Below the pieces are notes generated by a model that had not been told where the DNA came from, ran no database searches, and was given only the letters and a program-made list of their open reading frames with translations. DNA of 64,000 nucleotides from Natronosporangium sp. (GTDB lineage Bacteria > Actinomycetota > Actinomycetes > Mycobacteriales > Micromonosporaceae), in assembly GCA_035306365.1 (NCBI GenBank), contig DATGOE010000206.1:5461-69460 (forward strand), read 5' to 3'. Both the position numbers and the translations under genes were made by a program. Below, piece by piece: positions 1-14,083 of this stretch. Position 1 is the first letter of the stretch. Each line of letters opens with the position of its first letter.

Positions 1-141
1 TACCCACCGGACGACCTGGTCGGCGTCGACTACTACCACCCGACGACCCGTGGGGCCGAACAGGAGATCGCCGCCCGGTTGCCGAGGTTGCGGCGCCTGG
101 TGCGGGGTGACCCGACGGTGGCGGGAGAGGAGGCGCGGTGA
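1..141 (+). CDS. rarA: Replication-associated recombination protein A (MgsA/RarA), C-terminal fragment
   Basis: Frame 1 reads [27 protein letters not shown]...*, matching the RarA C-terminal QQYxPdxLxGxxYYxPT motif; usual position upstream of alaS in actinobacteria. Confidence 0.8.
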   Translation, partial: YPPDDLVGVDYYHPTTRGAEQEIAARLPRLRRLVRGDPTVAGEEAR

Positions 142-1997
142 GCCGCGGCGACGACGGCGAGGAGGCCGGTCGCGGCCGGTTCCGGCGGTCCCGCCGGCAG
201 GAGCAGCCGGACGAGGACGACTTCGGGTGGCTCGCGGACCTGCGCAGCGCCAAGGAGGAGCGCGCGGCGATCGGGCCGGGAAGGCCGGTCGACGAGCCCC
301 GCCGGCCCGTCCGCCCGGTCAGCCCGCCCGGTGACGAGGGATCAACGCCGGTGCCGCCACGGACGCCGGTGCCGCCGCGGTCACCGACCGGTCGACGCCC
401 GGTGGAGCCGCCCCCGGCGGTACGGCCACCCGACCGGCGCCAGGGCCCGCCGGGGGACTCCGCGCGCCGCGTCGGCCCGCGGGCGGGCGCGCCCCACGAG
501 CCCGACCCGGCGGGTGATCCGGGTGCCTCCCGTCCCGAGCGGCCGACCGGCCTGCGAGCACGCCTGGGCGCGGTACGGGAGCGGCTGGGCCTGCGTCCGG
601 CCAGCGCCCCGCCGGTCTCCCCGCCGGGCAGCGGTGCCGCGGGTGGGCCGCCCGGCGGACGGGTGCCGACCTCGCCCATCCCGCCGGCCGGGTCGCCCGG
701 CTCACCGGTGACCGACCGCCGCACCGGCGGCCGGCGACGGCGGCCCGACGCGGAGGTGGAGCGTCCGGCGCGTGCCGCCGGGCCGCCGCCCGGCCGGCGG
801 CCGGCGGGCACGCCGACCCAGACGTTCGTGCCGCCGCCCCCGTCGACCGGCGGCCGCGGACACCCCGGTCCGGTCGCCGGGCCCGCGCCGGGCGGCCGCC
901 GGCCGGTGGGACCGGCGGGGCCGGACACCGGGTCGGGCCGGGTGGTACCGCCGCGGTCCCACGAGGGCGCGCCCCCGGTGACCCCGCCCCGCCCGACCGC
1001 CGCACCGGCGTCCCCGCCGCCGGGGGGTCCGCCGCACCGTCCCCCGCCACCGCCGGTTCCCGGTCCGCCGCAGCGGCCCGGCAGGCCGTCCGCCCCGCTC
1101 GGCCCGCGCGGCCCGGTCCGGCCCCCGAGCGGTGGTGCGCCGGTGCCCGGCGGCAGGCAGGGCGGTGGGGCCGGAAGCCGTCCCGGTGCCGGCGGACACG
1201 CCCGGCCACCCGTGCCCGACCCGGTGGGGACCGCGCCGCTGCCGCGGCTGGGACCGCCTGGCGCGGGGCCCGGGCCGGCCACGGGCAGCCAGCCGGTGGT
1301 GGGCGCCCGGGGCCGGTGGCGGGGCGCCCGCTCCGAGCTGCGCCGTCAGCTGCGCGAGCACAAGCGGGTACGGGCGACGGCGATGGCGATGGTGATCGCG
1401 CTCCTGGTGGGTGCCCCGCTGATCCACCTCGGCATCCAGACCGCCGCCCGGGACCCGGTCCTGAACTCCCTGGCCGCGCTGCCGGTGCCCGAGTGGGCCG
1501 CCGAGTCGCCGGAGGACCGGATCATCGGCGGCAGCCGGTGGTGCCTCATGGACTGCCGGTTCCGGGAGCGCCGGCTGGTCTCGCAGCGAGGGCCGGACGA
1601 GACGTACGAGGTCTACCGGACCGCGCTCCTGGCCGCGGGCTGGGTGCCGTGGCAGGTGGAGGGCTGCCCGCTGGTGGAGGTCGACGGCCACTACACCTGC
1701 TGGACCCGCGACGAGTACACCCTGGACCTGTGGGTCCACGTGCCGGCGTGCGCCCTCGACCCGCGCAAGCTGCGCCCCGACGTACCGGACGACAGCGTGT
1801 CCGGGCCGGCTGAGATCCTCGACGAGGATGACTGCAGCGGCTCGGTCGTGGAGATCAAGATGCAGAACCGGGTCGCCGACGAGCGGGGCCTGCCGGATTC
1901 CCGGAACCCCACGCTCGACCAGCCCGGGGGCACACCGTCGCCGGGTGACAGCCCACCGCCGGGCTCTGGTTCACCCAGCTCCTCACCGTCTCCGTGA
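138..1997 (+). CDS. Pro/Gly/Arg-rich membrane-anchored hypothetical protein with Cys-containing C-terminal domain
   Basis: GTGA overlap with rarA stop; ~400 aa low-complexity N-terminus, one hydrophobic helix ([19 protein letters not shown]), then globular region with SRWCLMDC...[13 protein letters not shown]. Confidence 0.7.
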   Translation: MSRGDDGEEAGRGRFRRSRRQEQPDEDDFGWLADLRSAKEERAAIGPGRPVDEPRRPVRPVSPPGDEGSTPVPPRTPVPPRSPTGRRPVEPPPAVRPPDRRQGPPGDSARRVGPRAGAPHEPDPAGDPGASRPERPTGLRARLGAVRERLGLRPASAPPVSPPGSGAAGGPPGGRVPTSPIPPAGSPGSPVTDRRTGGRRRRPDAEVERPARAAGPPPGRRPAGTPTQTFVPPPPSTGGRGHPGPVAGPAPGGRRPVGPAGPDTGSGRVVPPRSHEGAPPVTPPRPTAAPASPPPGGPPHRPPPPPVPGPPQRPGRPSAPLGPRGPVRPPSGGAPVPGGRQGGGAGSRPGAGGHARPPVPDPVGTAPLPRLGPPGAGPGPATGSQPVVGARGRWRGARSELRRQLREHKRVRATAMAMVIALLVGAPLIHLGIQTAARDPVLNSLAALPVPEWAAESPEDRIIGGSRWCLMDCRFRERRLVSQRGPDETYEVYRTALLAAGWVPWQVEGCPLVEVDGHYTCWTRDEYTLDLWVHVPACALDPRKLRPDVPDDSVSGPAEILDEDDCSGSVVEIKMQNRVADERGLPDSRNPTLDQPGGTPSPGDSPPPGSGSPSSSPSP

Positions 1998-2113
1998 CGC
2001 GTTCCCCGGCGCGGCGATCCAGGGCATCCGGAACCAACGGTAAAGTCGGCACGTTGCGTGAGTGGCGGGGCGTCAGGTCACGACCGGTCCCGAGGGCGAC
2101 CAGGAGGACGCGC

Positions 2114-2563
2114 GTGAACGGTGGCGACATCGCCGCGTTGATCGCGGCGGGCGGCTTCGTCGTGCTGGTGCTGGTGCTGGCCGTGCCGCTGCTCCGGCTG
2201 CGGCACACGGTGGACGCGGCCACGCGGGCGATCCGGGACCTCACCGACCGCACCACACCGGTCCTGGCCCAGGCGGAGGCCACGATGCAGCAGGTCACCG
2301 CGGCGCTGGGTCAGGTGCGCGAGTCGCTGGACGGGATCAACACGCAGGTCCGCCGCGTGGACGCCATCACCGCGCACGCCGAGTCCGTCGCGGGTAACGT
2401 CGCCGGCCTGGTGCAGGTGGTGTCGTCGGTCGCCACCAACCCGCTGGTCAAGGTCGCCGCCTTCGGGTACGGGGTGAGACGGGCGGCGGCCCGGCGGGCG
2501 CACGGCGACGGGGACACGCCCGGCGGTGCCCGACGCCGGCGCTGGGGGCGGCGCCGCCGGTGA
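2114..2563 (+). CDS. DUF948-family membrane protein
   Basis: SD AGGAGG then GTG; [27 protein letters not shown] and [15 protein letters not shown] motifs; conserved position before alaS. Confidence 0.8.
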   Translation: MNGGDIAALIAAGGFVVLVLVLAVPLLRLRHTVDAATRAIRDLTDRTTPVLAQAEATMQQVTAALGQVRESLDGINTQVRRVDAITAHAESVAGNVAGLVQVVSSVATNPLVKVAAFGYGVRRAAARRAHGDGDTPGGARRRRWGRRRR

Positions 2564-2652
2564 CCGGGTGGCGGTGGCCGGCTGTACCGGCGGGCCACGG
2601 TCGGGCGGGCCGAGGTCGTGCCGGCGGGCCGAGGTACGGAAGGATGCACGCT

Positions 2653-2973
2653 ATGAAGCGGTTGTTCTGGTTGGGTGCCGGGCTGGCGATCGGGGCGCTG
2701 GTGTTCCGGGCGCTCTCGCGGCGGGCGGCCTCCTACACCCCGCGCGGCCTGGCCGCGGCGGCCCGCGACTCCGGCCGCCATCTGCTCGACGCGGTGCGCG
2801 ACTTCGCCGACGACGTGCGGGACGGCATGCACGAGCGGGAGCGGGAGCTGCACGCGGCGCTGCTCGCCCGCAGCGGTGCCGACCCCGGGGCAGGCTCGGG
2901 CCCCGGCGCCGGAGACGGCACCGGCACCCACGGAGACCGGTCGTGGACCGGAGCGGAGGACCCGACCAGATGA
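2653..2973 (+). CDS. Small conserved membrane protein upstream of alaS (DUF6167-like)
   Basis: [19 protein letters not shown]...[20 protein letters not shown]; ATGA overlap with alaS. Confidence 0.7.
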   Translation: MKRLFWLGAGLAIGALVFRALSRRAASYTPRGLAAAARDSGRHLLDAVRDFADDVRDGMHERERELHAALLARSGADPGAGSGPGAGDGTGTHGDRSWTGAEDPTR

Positions 2974-5648
2974 GGACTGCGGAGATCAAGCGCCGGTTCC
3001 TGGCGTACTTCGAGAAGGACGGGCACGTCGTGCGGCCCAGTGTCCCGCTGCCGGCCATCGACGACCCCAACCTGCTGTTCGTCAACGCGGGCATGGTGCC
3101 GTTCGTGCCCTACTTCCTCGGCCACCGCCCGCCGCCGTGGCCCCGGGCCGCCAGCGTGCAGAAGTGCCTGCGCACGCCGGACATCGAGGAGGTCGGCAAG
3201 ACCAGCCGGCACGGGACGTTCTTCCAGATGAACGGCAACTTCTCCTTCGGTGACTACTTCAAGGAGGGCGCCATCACCCGCGCCTGGGATTTGGTCACCA
3301 AGCCGGTGGCCGAGGGCGGGTTCGGTCTGGACGGCGACCGCATCTGGGTCACCGTGTACCACGAGGACCAGGAGGCCGCCGACATCTGGCACCGGGTCAT
3401 CGGCATCCCGCGCGAGCGGATCGTCTTCCGGGGCAAGGCCGACAACTTCTGGTCGATGGGCATCCCCGGCCCGTGCGGGCCCAACACGGAGATCTACATC
3501 GACCGCGGCCCCGAGTACGGGCGCGAGGGCGGCCCGGCCGTGGACGAGGACCGTTACCTGGAGTTCTGGAACCTCGTCTTCATGCAGTACGAGCGCGGAC
3601 CGGGCACCGGCAAGGAGGACTACCCGATCCTGGGCGAGCTGCCGGCCAAGAACGTCGACACCGGCATGGGCCTGGAACGCATGGCCGCTCTCCTGCAGGG
3701 TGTGGACAACCTGTACGAGATCGACGAGGTGCGGCCGATCCTGGACCGGGCCGCGGAGCTGACCGGTACCCGCTACCACGCCACCGGCGGCCGGGTGGCC
3801 AGCGAGTCGCACCCCGACGACGTACGGCTGCGGATCGTCGCCGACCACGTCCGCAGCGGCCTGATGCTCATCGGTGACGGGGTGACCCCGGGCAACGAGG
3901 GCCGCGGCTACGTGCTGCGGCGGCTGTTGCGCCGCGCGATCCGGGCGATGCGGCTGCTGGGTTTCGAGGAACCGTCGTTCCCGCACCTGTTCCCGGTGGC
4001 CCGGGACTGCATGTCACCGTCCTATCCGGAGCTCGCGCGGGACTTCGACCGGATCAGCCAGTACGCGTACGGCGAGGAGGAGGCGTTCCTGTCCACGCTG
4101 CGGGCGGGCACGACCATTCTCGACACCGCGATCTCCCGGACCAAGGCGGCCGGCGGCACCCGCCTGTCCGGCGAGCAGGCCTTCCAGCTGCACGACACGT
4201 ACGGCTTCCCGATCGACCTGACCCTGGAGATCGCGGCCGAGCAGGGCCTGCAGGTCGACGAGGAGGGCTTCCGCCGGCTGATGGCCGAGCAGCGGGCGCG
4301 GGCGAAGGCGGACGCGCAGGCGCGCAAGACCGGCCACGTCGACCTGTCCGCCTACCGGGCGGTCCTCGAGGAGGGGGGCGAGGTCGAGTTCACCGGCTAC
4401 ACCGAGGCGGCCCGCGAGTCGCGGGTGCGGGCGCTGCTCGACCGGCGGGGTGCCGCGCTGGCCGGGGCCGGCGAGGGGGACGAGATCGAGGTGGTGCTCG
4501 ACACCACGCCGTTCTACGCCGAGGGCGGGGGCCAGCAGCCCGACCACGGCCTCATCACGGTGGGCGACGGCAAGCTGGAGGTCTTCGACGTCCAGTCGCC
4601 GGTGCCCGGGCTGATCGTGCACCGGGCCCGGGTGGTGCGGGGCGAGGTCCGGGTCGGCGACACCGCGTACGCCGAGATCGACCTGGCCCGGCGTCGGGCG
4701 GTCTCCCACTCGCACACCGCGACCCACCTGGTCCACCAGACGATGCGCAACTTCCTCGGCGAGTCGGCCACCCAGGCGGGCTCCCTGAACGCTCCGGGGC
4801 GGTTGCGGTTCGACTTCAACACCCCGGGCGCGGTCCCGCCGTCGGTGCTGCGGGACGTGGAGCAGCAGATCAACGAGGTGCTCCTGCGCGACCTGGAGGT
4901 GCGGTGGTTCGTCACCTCCCAGGAGGAGGCGCTGCGCATGGGCGCGCTGGCGCTGTTCGGCGAGAAGTACGGCGAGCGGGTGCGGGTCGTCGAGGTCGGT
5001 GACTACGCGCGCGAGCTGTGCGGTGGCACCCACGCGCACCGCTCCAGCCAGCTCGGGCTGGTGAAGATCCTGCACGAGTCGTCGATCGGCGCCGGTGTGC
5101 GTCGCGTGGAGGCGCTGGTCGGGCTGGACGCCTTCCGGTACCTGGCGCGCGAGCACCTGCTGGTCTCGCGGCTGGCGGAGCTGTTCCGGGTGCCTCCCGA
5201 GCAGGTCGCCGACCGGGTCGAGCAGACCGTCGCGGCCCTGCGGGACGCGGAGAAGGAGCTGGAGCAGCTGCGGACCCAGCTCGTGCTCAGCGGTGCGGCC
5301 ACGCTCGCGGCCGCGGCCGAGGACGTCCGCGGCACCGCGTTCGTGGCCACCGAGGCGCCGGAGGCGGCCACCAGCGGGGACGCGCGCACGCTCGCCCAGC
5401 GGGTCTGCGACCACATTGATCCCGCCCGCCCGGCGGTGGTGGCGGTGACCCTCCGGTCGGGTGGCAAGGCATCGCTGGTGGTGGCGGTCAACGCGGCGGC
5501 CCGGCAGCACGGGCTGTCGGCGGCCGCGCTGGTCAAGGGCGCCCTGTCGGGCCGGGGCGGTGGCAGCCCGCAGCTCGCCCAGGGTGGCGGCGCGCCCGCC
5601 GCGGAGGCGCCCGCGCTGCTGGCGGCGGTGCGGCGCGCGCTGCCGTGA
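2970..5648 (+). CDS. alaS: Alanine--tRNA ligase
   Basis: [41 protein letters not shown], editing HTATHL/ELCGGTH motifs, C-terminal GRGGG. Confidence 0.99.
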   Translation: MRTAEIKRRFLAYFEKDGHVVRPSVPLPAIDDPNLLFVNAGMVPFVPYFLGHRPPPWPRAASVQKCLRTPDIEEVGKTSRHGTFFQMNGNFSFGDYFKEGAITRAWDLVTKPVAEGGFGLDGDRIWVTVYHEDQEAADIWHRVIGIPRERIVFRGKADNFWSMGIPGPCGPNTEIYIDRGPEYGREGGPAVDEDRYLEFWNLVFMQYERGPGTGKEDYPILGELPAKNVDTGMGLERMAALLQGVDNLYEIDEVRPILDRAAELTGTRYHATGGRVASESHPDDVRLRIVADHVRSGLMLIGDGVTPGNEGRGYVLRRLLRRAIRAMRLLGFEEPSFPHLFPVARDCMSPSYPELARDFDRISQYAYGEEEAFLSTLRAGTTILDTAISRTKAAGGTRLSGEQAFQLHDTYGFPIDLTLEIAAEQGLQVDEEGFRRLMAEQRARAKADAQARKTGHVDLSAYRAVLEEGGEVEFTGYTEAARESRVRALLDRRGAALAGAGEGDEIEVVLDTTPFYAEGGGQQPDHGLITVGDGKLEVFDVQSPVPGLIVHRARVVRGEVRVGDTAYAEIDLARRRAVSHSHTATHLVHQTMRNFLGESATQAGSLNAPGRLRFDFNTPGAVPPSVLRDVEQQINEVLLRDLEVRWFVTSQEEALRMGALALFGEKYGERVRVVEVGDYARELCGGTHAHRSSQLGLVKILHESSIGAGVRRVEALVGLDAFRYLAREHLLVSRLAELFRVPPEQVADRVEQTVAALRDAEKELEQLRTQLVLSGAATLAAAAEDVRGTAFVATEAPEAATSGDARTLAQRVCDHIDPARPAVVAVTLRSGGKASLVVAVNAAARQHGLSAAALVKGALSGRGGGSPQLAQGGGAPAAEAPALLAAVRRALP

Positions 5649-5674
5649 CCACCGGGACCGGGTGAGGAGCACCG

Positions 5675-6145
5675 GTGTCGACCGCGCGAACGCCGTGGCG
5701 GCGTGGCCGCCGGCTCGGGGTCGACGTCGGCGAGGTCCGAGTGGGTGTGGCCATCAGCGACCCGGACGGGGTGCTCGCCACACCACTGACCACGATTCTC
5801 CGCTCCCACAGGCCGGACAAGCGCGGCATTACGTCAGATATGTCCGAGCTTGCCCGTCTGGTCGAGGCACATGAGATCGTGGAGGTCGTGGTCGGGCTGC
5901 CGACGACGCTCGCCGGCACCGAGGGTCCCGCGGCCGTTGCGGCGCGGGACTACGCACGTCGGTTGGCCCAGGTGGTGGCGCCGGTGCCGGTCACGCTCGC
6001 CGATGAGCGGATGTCAACCGTGCTGGCAACCCGTAAGCTGTCCGGGCGGGGCGTCAAGGGTCGACGCCGCCGCGAGCTGGTCGACCAGGCAGCCGCTGTG
6101 GAGATTCTGCAGGGATGGCTGGACGCGCAACGGAGGCGGTCATAG
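5675..6145 (+). CDS. ruvX: Holliday junction resolvase-like protein RuvX/YqgF (pre-16S rRNA nuclease)
   Basis: LGVDVGEVRVGVAISD, DERMST, VDQAAAVEIL motifs; alaS-ruvX-mltG synteny. Confidence 0.95.
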   Translation: MSTARTPWRRGRRLGVDVGEVRVGVAISDPDGVLATPLTTILRSHRPDKRGITSDMSELARLVEAHEIVEVVVGLPTTLAGTEGPAAVAARDYARRLAQVVAPVPVTLADERMSTVLATRKLSGRGVKGRRRRELVDQAAAVEILQGWLDAQRRRS

Positions 6146-6147
6146 CG

Positions 6148-7371
6148 ATGCACGAGCTCGATTTCAGGTACGACGAGCCCGCCGCCCGCAGCCGGCACCG
6201 GCCACGTGCCGCCGGCACGGTCTACTCCGCCACGCCTCCGACGCGCCGGAAGAAGCGCAAGCGCCGCCGCGGCCGCACCGGGCTGGCGCTGCTGGTGGTC
6301 GTGCTGCTGCTGGGGGTCCTGGCCGGTGCGGGGTACGCCGGCTTCAAGTTCTTGGACAGCTACTTCCGCACCCCGGACTACGCCGGCCCCGGCACCGGAG
6401 AGGTGATCATCGAGATCACCGAGGGCCAGACCGCCACGGACATCGCGTACACGTTGTACGAGAACGACGTGGTCGCCAGTCCGGAGGCGTTCATCGAGGC
6501 CGCCAACGCCGACCCGGCCAGCAAGAACATCCAGCCCGGCACGTACCAGCTGCGTCGGCAGATGCGCGCCGTGGACGCGCTGGCGCTGCTGCTCAACCCG
6601 GAGCAGAGCCGGGTGGTCAAGCTGGTCACCATCCCGGAGGGACTGACCAAGTGGGACACCTACAAGCGGCTGTCGGAGCAGACCGGCATCCCGGTGGAGG
6701 AGTTCGAGGCGGCCGAGGAGGAGGTCCTGGAGCTCATCCCCGACGAGTGGTTCACGCGCGACGACGGCAAACAGGCCGAGGGCGGCATCGAGGGGTTCCT
6801 GTTCCCGGAGACCTACGACTTCGGGCGGGACCCCACGGCGCGGTCGATCCTGGAGACGATGGTCAACCAGTTCCTGATCGTCACCGAGGACCTGGAGTTC
6901 CTGGAGCGGGTGCCGGCCGAGCGCGGCATCTCCCCGTACGAGGCGCTGATCGCCGCGTCCATCGCGCAGGCCGAGGCCGGCATCGAGTCGGACCTGCCCA
7001 AGGTGGCGCGGGTGGCGTACAACCGGGTCTACCGGGCGTTCATGCGGCTGGAGATGGACGTCACCACCAACTACGGGCTGCTGGCCCGCGGCGAGGAGGG
7101 CATGACCTCCGGCGAGATGACACATGAGATCCTCAACGACCCGGACAACCGGTACAGCACGCACGCCCACGACGGGTGGCCACCCGGGCCCATCAACAGC
7201 CCCGGCCGGGCGGCCCTGGAGGCCGCGTTGGAGCCGGCCGAGGGCGACTGGCTGTTCTTCGTGCTGATCGACCCAAAGACCGGTGAGTCGGCGTTCGCCG
7301 CCACCTACGCCGAGCACCAGGAGAACGAGCGGATCGCGTGCCAGAACGGCGTCAGTCTGGGGAGCTGCTGA
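6148..7371 (+). CDS. mltG: Endolytic transglycosylase MltG (YceG-like)
   Basis: N-terminal TM helix, IPEG, EGFLFPETY, ASIAQAEA, GWPPGPINSPG, WLFFV motifs. Confidence 0.95.
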   Translation: MHELDFRYDEPAARSRHRPRAAGTVYSATPPTRRKKRKRRRGRTGLALLVVVLLLGVLAGAGYAGFKFLDSYFRTPDYAGPGTGEVIIEITEGQTATDIAYTLYENDVVASPEAFIEAANADPASKNIQPGTYQLRRQMRAVDALALLLNPEQSRVVKLVTIPEGLTKWDTYKRLSEQTGIPVEEFEAAEEEVLELIPDEWFTRDDGKQAEGGIEGFLFPETYDFGRDPTARSILETMVNQFLIVTEDLEFLERVPAERGISPYEALIAASIAQAEAGIESDLPKVARVAYNRVYRAFMRLEMDVTTNYGLLARGEEGMTSGEMTHEILNDPDNRYSTHAHDGWPPGPINSPGRAALEAALEPAEGDWLFFVLIDPKTGESAFAATYAEHQENERIACQNGVSLGSC

Positions 7372-7400
7372 GGCGGGCCGGGAGGTGCTGAGGCGGGCCG
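7361..7400 (+). repeat. 20-bp near-perfect tandem duplication at the mltG/aroE junction
   Basis: GGAGCTGCTGAGGCGGGCCG followed directly by GGAGGTGCTGAGGCGGGCCG (1 mismatch). Confidence 0.85.
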
Positions 7401-8203
7401 CGGTGGCCGGGCGGCCGGTCGCCCATTCGCTGTCGCCGGTGATCCACCGGGCCGGGTACGCGGCGGCCGGGCTGGACGGGTGGTCGTACGACGCCATCGA
7501 CTGCGGTGAGCTGGAGCTGGCCCCGCTGGTCGCCGGGCTGGGCCCGGAGTGGGCCGGCCTGTCGCTGACGATGCCGCTGAAACAGGTCGCGGTGGCGGTC
7601 GCCGACGAGGTGACACCGCTGGCGGCGACGTTGGGCGCCGCCAACACGCTGGTACGGCTGCCGGACGGGCGGTGGCGGGCGGACAACACCGACGCACCGG
7701 GCATGGTGGACGCGGTCGGCGCCGGCCTGCGGCCGGGCGACGTGGTGGTCCTCGGAGCCGGCGGCACCGCCCGGGCGGCCCTCGGCGCCGCGGCCAGGCT
7801 CGGCGCGGAGCGCGTGACCGTGGTGGCCCGCCGGGCCGACGCGGTGGCGGCGCTGGAGCCGGTGGCCGCCGCGCTCGGGCTGCGGATCGCCCACCGACCA
7901 TGGGACGAGGCCGCCGAGGCGCTCGGCGCCGGCGACCTGGTCGTGTCCACCGTGCCCAAGGCAGTGGCCGACCCGCTGGCCGGTCGCGTGGCGTGGCGCC
8001 CGGGTGCGGTGCTGCTGGACGTGCTCTACGACCCGTGGCCGACGCCGCTGGCGGCCTCCGCCAGCGGCGCCGGCCACCGGGTGGTGTCCGGCCTGGACCT
8101 GCTGCTCGCCCAGGCGGTGCTCCAGTTCGAGCTGTTCACCGGGGTTCCGGCGCCGACCGACGCCATGCGGACGGCGTTGCGGGCCGCCGTGGCCGCGCGC
8201 TGA
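7385..8203 (+). CDS. aroE: Shikimate dehydrogenase
   Basis: GRPVAHSLSP, SLTMPLK, AANT, NTD, GAGGTARA, SGLDLLLAQA motifs; start estimated at GTG 7385. Confidence 0.95.
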   Translation: MLRRAAVAGRPVAHSLSPVIHRAGYAAAGLDGWSYDAIDCGELELAPLVAGLGPEWAGLSLTMPLKQVAVAVADEVTPLAATLGAANTLVRLPDGRWRADNTDAPGMVDAVGAGLRPGDVVVLGAGGTARAALGAAARLGAERVTVVARRADAVAALEPVAAALGLRIAHRPWDEAAEALGAGDLVVSTVPKAVADPLAGRVAWRPGAVLLDVLYDPWPTPLAASASGAGHRVVSGLDLLLAQAVLQFELFTGVPAPTDAMRTALRAAVAAR

Positions 8204-8230
8204 CCGCCACCGGCGACGCGGCCGGCCGGT

Positions 8231-8740
8231 TCACGGCGCGGCGACCGTACCCACCACCTCGAACGCGTCGGTCAGCGACAGCTCCCGCAGCTTCGGCAGG
8301 TACCCGTCGTCGACGAGGCGGTGGGCCAGTGCCATCGCGGCGGGCAGCTCCCGCCGGTACTGCGCGGCGACGGGGCCCCGACCGCCGTACACGGCGTAGC
8401 GCACCACCGCCAGCAGGGTCGACAGGCTTCCAGGGGGCCGCCCATCGGGCCGACCCTGACCGCCCAGTGGCGGGCGATATGAGGGCTGGTCCGCGGAAGC
8501 CGGTCGATGTCCCGCCAGAGCGGGTCCGCGGCGGCGTACTCGACCGTGCCGACGTGGCTCATCCGCAGCGCGGCGCTGCACAGCAGGCACGGTCCGAGCG
8601 TCGTCAGCAGCCGGTGGTCCCGGTACTCGCCGGGCGGCAGGTGGATGAGCGCGTTGACCTCGGCGTGGGCGAGGCTGGTGCCGGCGAGCCCTCGTGCCGG
8701 ACGGGTCGCCACCCGCGTCGTCGGACCACGCCAGTGCCCT
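8231..8740 (-). pseudogene. Frameshifted, 5'-degraded nucleoside deaminase (cytidine deaminase/TadA-like Zn fold)
   Basis: HAE (8659-8667) and PCLLC (8578-8592) in one frame; the C-terminal part (LSTLLAVVRY...TVAAP*) is in another frame after a 1-nt deletion near 8425; no intact N-terminus found; 5' boundary approximate. Confidence 0.7.
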
Positions 8741-8862
8741 GCCCGGCCGGTCCCCGACCGGGCGGGTGTCGCCCCGCTGCCGGGCGCCGCCCGAGCGGCG
8801 GCCGGCAGCGGCGGGCCGCCCACCAGCCGGGCGGCGCCCGGTAGCGTGACAGACTGGTCGGC

Positions 8863-10041
8863 GTGCTGCGCTGGTTGACCGCGGGGGAGTCGCACGGGTC
8901 CGCGCTGGTGGCGATCCTGGAGGGCGTGCCGGCCGGGGTCGAGGTGACCACCGCCGACCTCGCCCACCAGCTCGCCCGCCGCCGGCTCGGCTACGGCCGC
9001 GGCGCCCGGATGTCGTTCGAGCGCGACGAGGTCGAGATCATCGGCGGCGTCCGGCACGGGGTCACGCTGGGCAGCCCGGTGGCGGTCCGGATCGGCAACA
9101 CCGAGTGGCCCAAGTGGCGGGCGGTCATGGCCGCCGACCCCGTCGACCCGGCCGAGCTGGCCGGGCTGGCCCGCAACGCCCCGCTCACCCGCCCCCGCCC
9201 CGGCCACGCCGACCTGGTCGGCATGCAGAAGTACGGCCACCGCGACGCCCGCCCCGTGCTGGAGCGGGCCAGCGCCCGGGAGACCGCCGCGCGCGTGGCG
9301 CTGGGCGCGGTCGCCCGCGCGCTGCTGCGCCAGGGGCTCGGCGTCGAGGTCGTCTCGCACGTCGTGGCCATCGGCCCGGTGACGGTGCCGCCCGAGGTCG
9401 TCCCGACTCCGGGGGAGGTGGACCGGGTCGACGCCGACCCGGTGCGCTGCCTCGACCCGGCCGCCAGCGCCGCCATGGTGGCCGAGATCGACGCGGCCAA
9501 GCGGGACCGCGACACGCTGGGCGGCATCGTCGAGGTCCTCGCGTACGGCGTACCCCCCGGCCTGGGCAGCCACGTGCACTGGGACCGCAAGCTCGACGCC
9601 CGGCTCGCCGCGGCGCTGTGCTCCATCCCCGCGGTCAAGGGCGTGGAGATCGGCGACGCGTTCACCCAGGCCCGCTCCCGCGGCTCGGTGGCGCACGACG
9701 AGATCCTGCCCACGCCCGACGGGGTGCGGCGGGCGACCAACCGGGCCGGCGGCCTGGAGGGCGGCATCACCACCGGCGAACCACTGCGGGTACGGGCGGC
9801 GATGAAGCCGATCTCGTCGCTGACCCGGCCGCTGGCCACCGTGGACGTCGCCACCGGCGAGGCGGCCACCGCCATCCACCAGCGGTCGGACGTGTGCGCC
9901 GTACCCGCCGCCGCGGTGGTCGCCGAGGCGATGGTGGCGCTCGTGCTCGCCGACGCGGCCACCGAGAAGTTCGGCGGCGACTCGCTCGCGGAGATGCGGC
10001 GCAACGTCGCCGCCTACCTCGACCACCTGGTGGTCCGGTGA
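8863..10041 (+). CDS. aroC: Chorismate synthase
   Basis: [50 protein letters not shown]. Confidence 0.99.
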   Translation: MLRWLTAGESHGSALVAILEGVPAGVEVTTADLAHQLARRRLGYGRGARMSFERDEVEIIGGVRHGVTLGSPVAVRIGNTEWPKWRAVMAADPVDPAELAGLARNAPLTRPRPGHADLVGMQKYGHRDARPVLERASARETAARVALGAVARALLRQGLGVEVVSHVVAIGPVTVPPEVVPTPGEVDRVDADPVRCLDPAASAAMVAEIDAAKRDRDTLGGIVEVLAYGVPPGLGSHVHWDRKLDARLAAALCSIPAVKGVEIGDAFTQARSRGSVAHDEILPTPDGVRRATNRAGGLEGGITTGEPLRVRAAMKPISSLTRPLATVDVATGEAATAIHQRSDVCAVPAAAVVAEAMVALVLADAATEKFGGDSLAEMRRNVAAYLDHLVVR

Positions 10042-10547
10042 GCACGACGCGGCCGCGGTGCGTGCTGGTCGGCCCGCCCGGATCCGGGAAGACCACCACC
10101 GGGCGGCTGCTCGCCGAGCTGCTCGGGGTGGAGTTCCGGGACACCGACGCCGACATCGAGGCGGTCGCCGGCAAGCCGATCCCCGACATCTTCTTCGACG
10201 ACGGTGAGGAGCACTTCCGCGAGCTGGAGCGGTCGGCGGTGGCCGCCGCGCTGGCGTCGTGCGACGGCGTGCTCGCGCTCGGCGGTGGCGCGGTGCTGTC
10301 CGAGCAGACCCGGGCGGCGCTGCGCGGACACACCGTGGTGTTCCTGTCCGTGGAGCTGCCCGACGCGGTCAAGCGGGTGGGGCTGGGCCAGGGCCGTCCG
10401 CTGCTGGCGGTGAACCCCCGCGCGACCCTGCGCCACCAGCTGGAGCGGCGGCGGCCGCTGTACCAGGAGGTGGCGACGCTCACCGTGGTCACCGACGGCC
10501 GCACCCCCGCCGACGTGGCCGCTGAGATCGCCGAGAAGCTCCGGTAG
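10038..10547 (+). CDS. aroK: Shikimate kinase
   Basis: [10 protein letters not shown]-loop, DTD, FRELE, ALGGGA; GTGA overlap with aroC. Confidence 0.97.
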   Translation: MSTTRPRCVLVGPPGSGKTTTGRLLAELLGVEFRDTDADIEAVAGKPIPDIFFDDGEEHFRELERSAVAAALASCDGVLALGGGAVLSEQTRAALRGHTVVFLSVELPDAVKRVGLGQGRPLLAVNPRATLRHQLERRRPLYQEVATLTVVTDGRTPADVAAEIAEKLR

Positions 10548-10712
10548 CGCCCGGGCTCCGGTGACGCCCGGCGCGCCGCGGCACCCCACGGCACCTCCCC
10601 GGGACCCGACAGCCCGCCGCCGCGTCCTCACCCTGCCGGCGCCGCTCCCGTGACCGCCGGTCGCCCGCGGCGCGCCGGCCGCCGCTTGCCGGCGGCCCCG
10701 GCACCACCCCCG

Positions 10713-10743
10713 TACAATCTAATCCGGACCATGATGGCCCGAT
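10713..10743 (+). promoter_or_regulatory. Putative -10 (TACAAT) followed by imperfect inverted repeat upstream of WYL regulator
   Basis: TACAAT 10713-10718; ATCCGGACCAT-G-ATGGCCCGAT 10722-10743. Confidence 0.45.
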
Positions 10744-10761
10744 ATCGAGAGGACGTGAGCC

Positions 10762-13299
<2,538 letters not shown>

Positions 13300-13385
13300 C
13301 CGGCCGGTCCCGCGACCGCGAAGGCCCGCGCGTCGTCGGCCGGGGTCCGTGCCGCCGGCGGGCGCCGGCGGTGCCGGTGGCCGCG

Positions 13386-13973
13386 CTAGCGCACCTGGCC
13401 GGCCGCTGCCAGCTCGGCGCCGCGGCGGTTGACCACGTCGACGAAGTCCGGCCACCCGGTCACGTCCACCGCGCCGGGCACCGGCTCGTTCCACGGCGCC
13501 ACCATCCGGCACACCAGCGCCTCCGGCCGGTGCCGCACCAGCGCCGGCACCACCAGCGGGGAGTCGTCGAGGTAGACGTCGCACGGCACCCGGTACTTGG
13601 CCCGGATGAAGTGGATCTCGCGGGTGGGCAGGCGCTGCTCGGAGATCCAGTACAGCGTGTCGTGGATCGCCCGGTCCGGTTTGGCGGTGAGGATCACGAT
13701 GTCGTGCCCGTCGGCGGCCAGCTTGTCCAGCCCCTCCCGGGCGCCCGGGATGAGGTCGAGGTGCCGGAACAACCGTCGGCTGTGGACCCAGTCCCAGAAA
13801 GCCTGCATGTCCGGGAAGTGCGTCAGCCGGTGCATCCCGTCCCAGATCATCCGGGGCGTCCCGGGTTCGGCGTGGGCCGGACGCGGGTCGGTGCCGAACT
13901 CCTCCCGGTAGCGGCTCATCCAGCCGCGGTCGAAGTCGGCCACCACGCCGTCGAGGTCGATGCCCAGCCGCAT
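13386..13973 (-). CDS. 5'(3')-deoxyribonucleotidase, NT5C/HAD family
   Basis: N-terminal IDLDGVVADF (HAD motif I), ILTA, K...DVYLDDSP. Confidence 0.85.
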   Translation of the reverse strand: MRLGIDLDGVVADFDRGWMSRYREEFGTDPRPAHAEPGTPRMIWDGMHRLTHFPDMQAFWDWVHSRRLFRHLDLIPGAREGLDKLAADGHDIVILTAKPDRAIHDTLYWISEQRLPTREIHFIRAKYRVPCDVYLDDSPLVVPALVRHRPEALVCRMVAPWNEPVPGAVDVTGWPDFVDVVNRRGAELAAAGQVR

Positions 13974-14083
13974 ACGCCCAGGCTATCGGGGTCATCGCCG
14001 CGGCCCGGCCGGTACCGGACAGGTGCGGCCCTCGCGGCGACCGCCGGCGTGCCGGGAGGGCGTGGGTCAGGGAGGTCGCGGGG

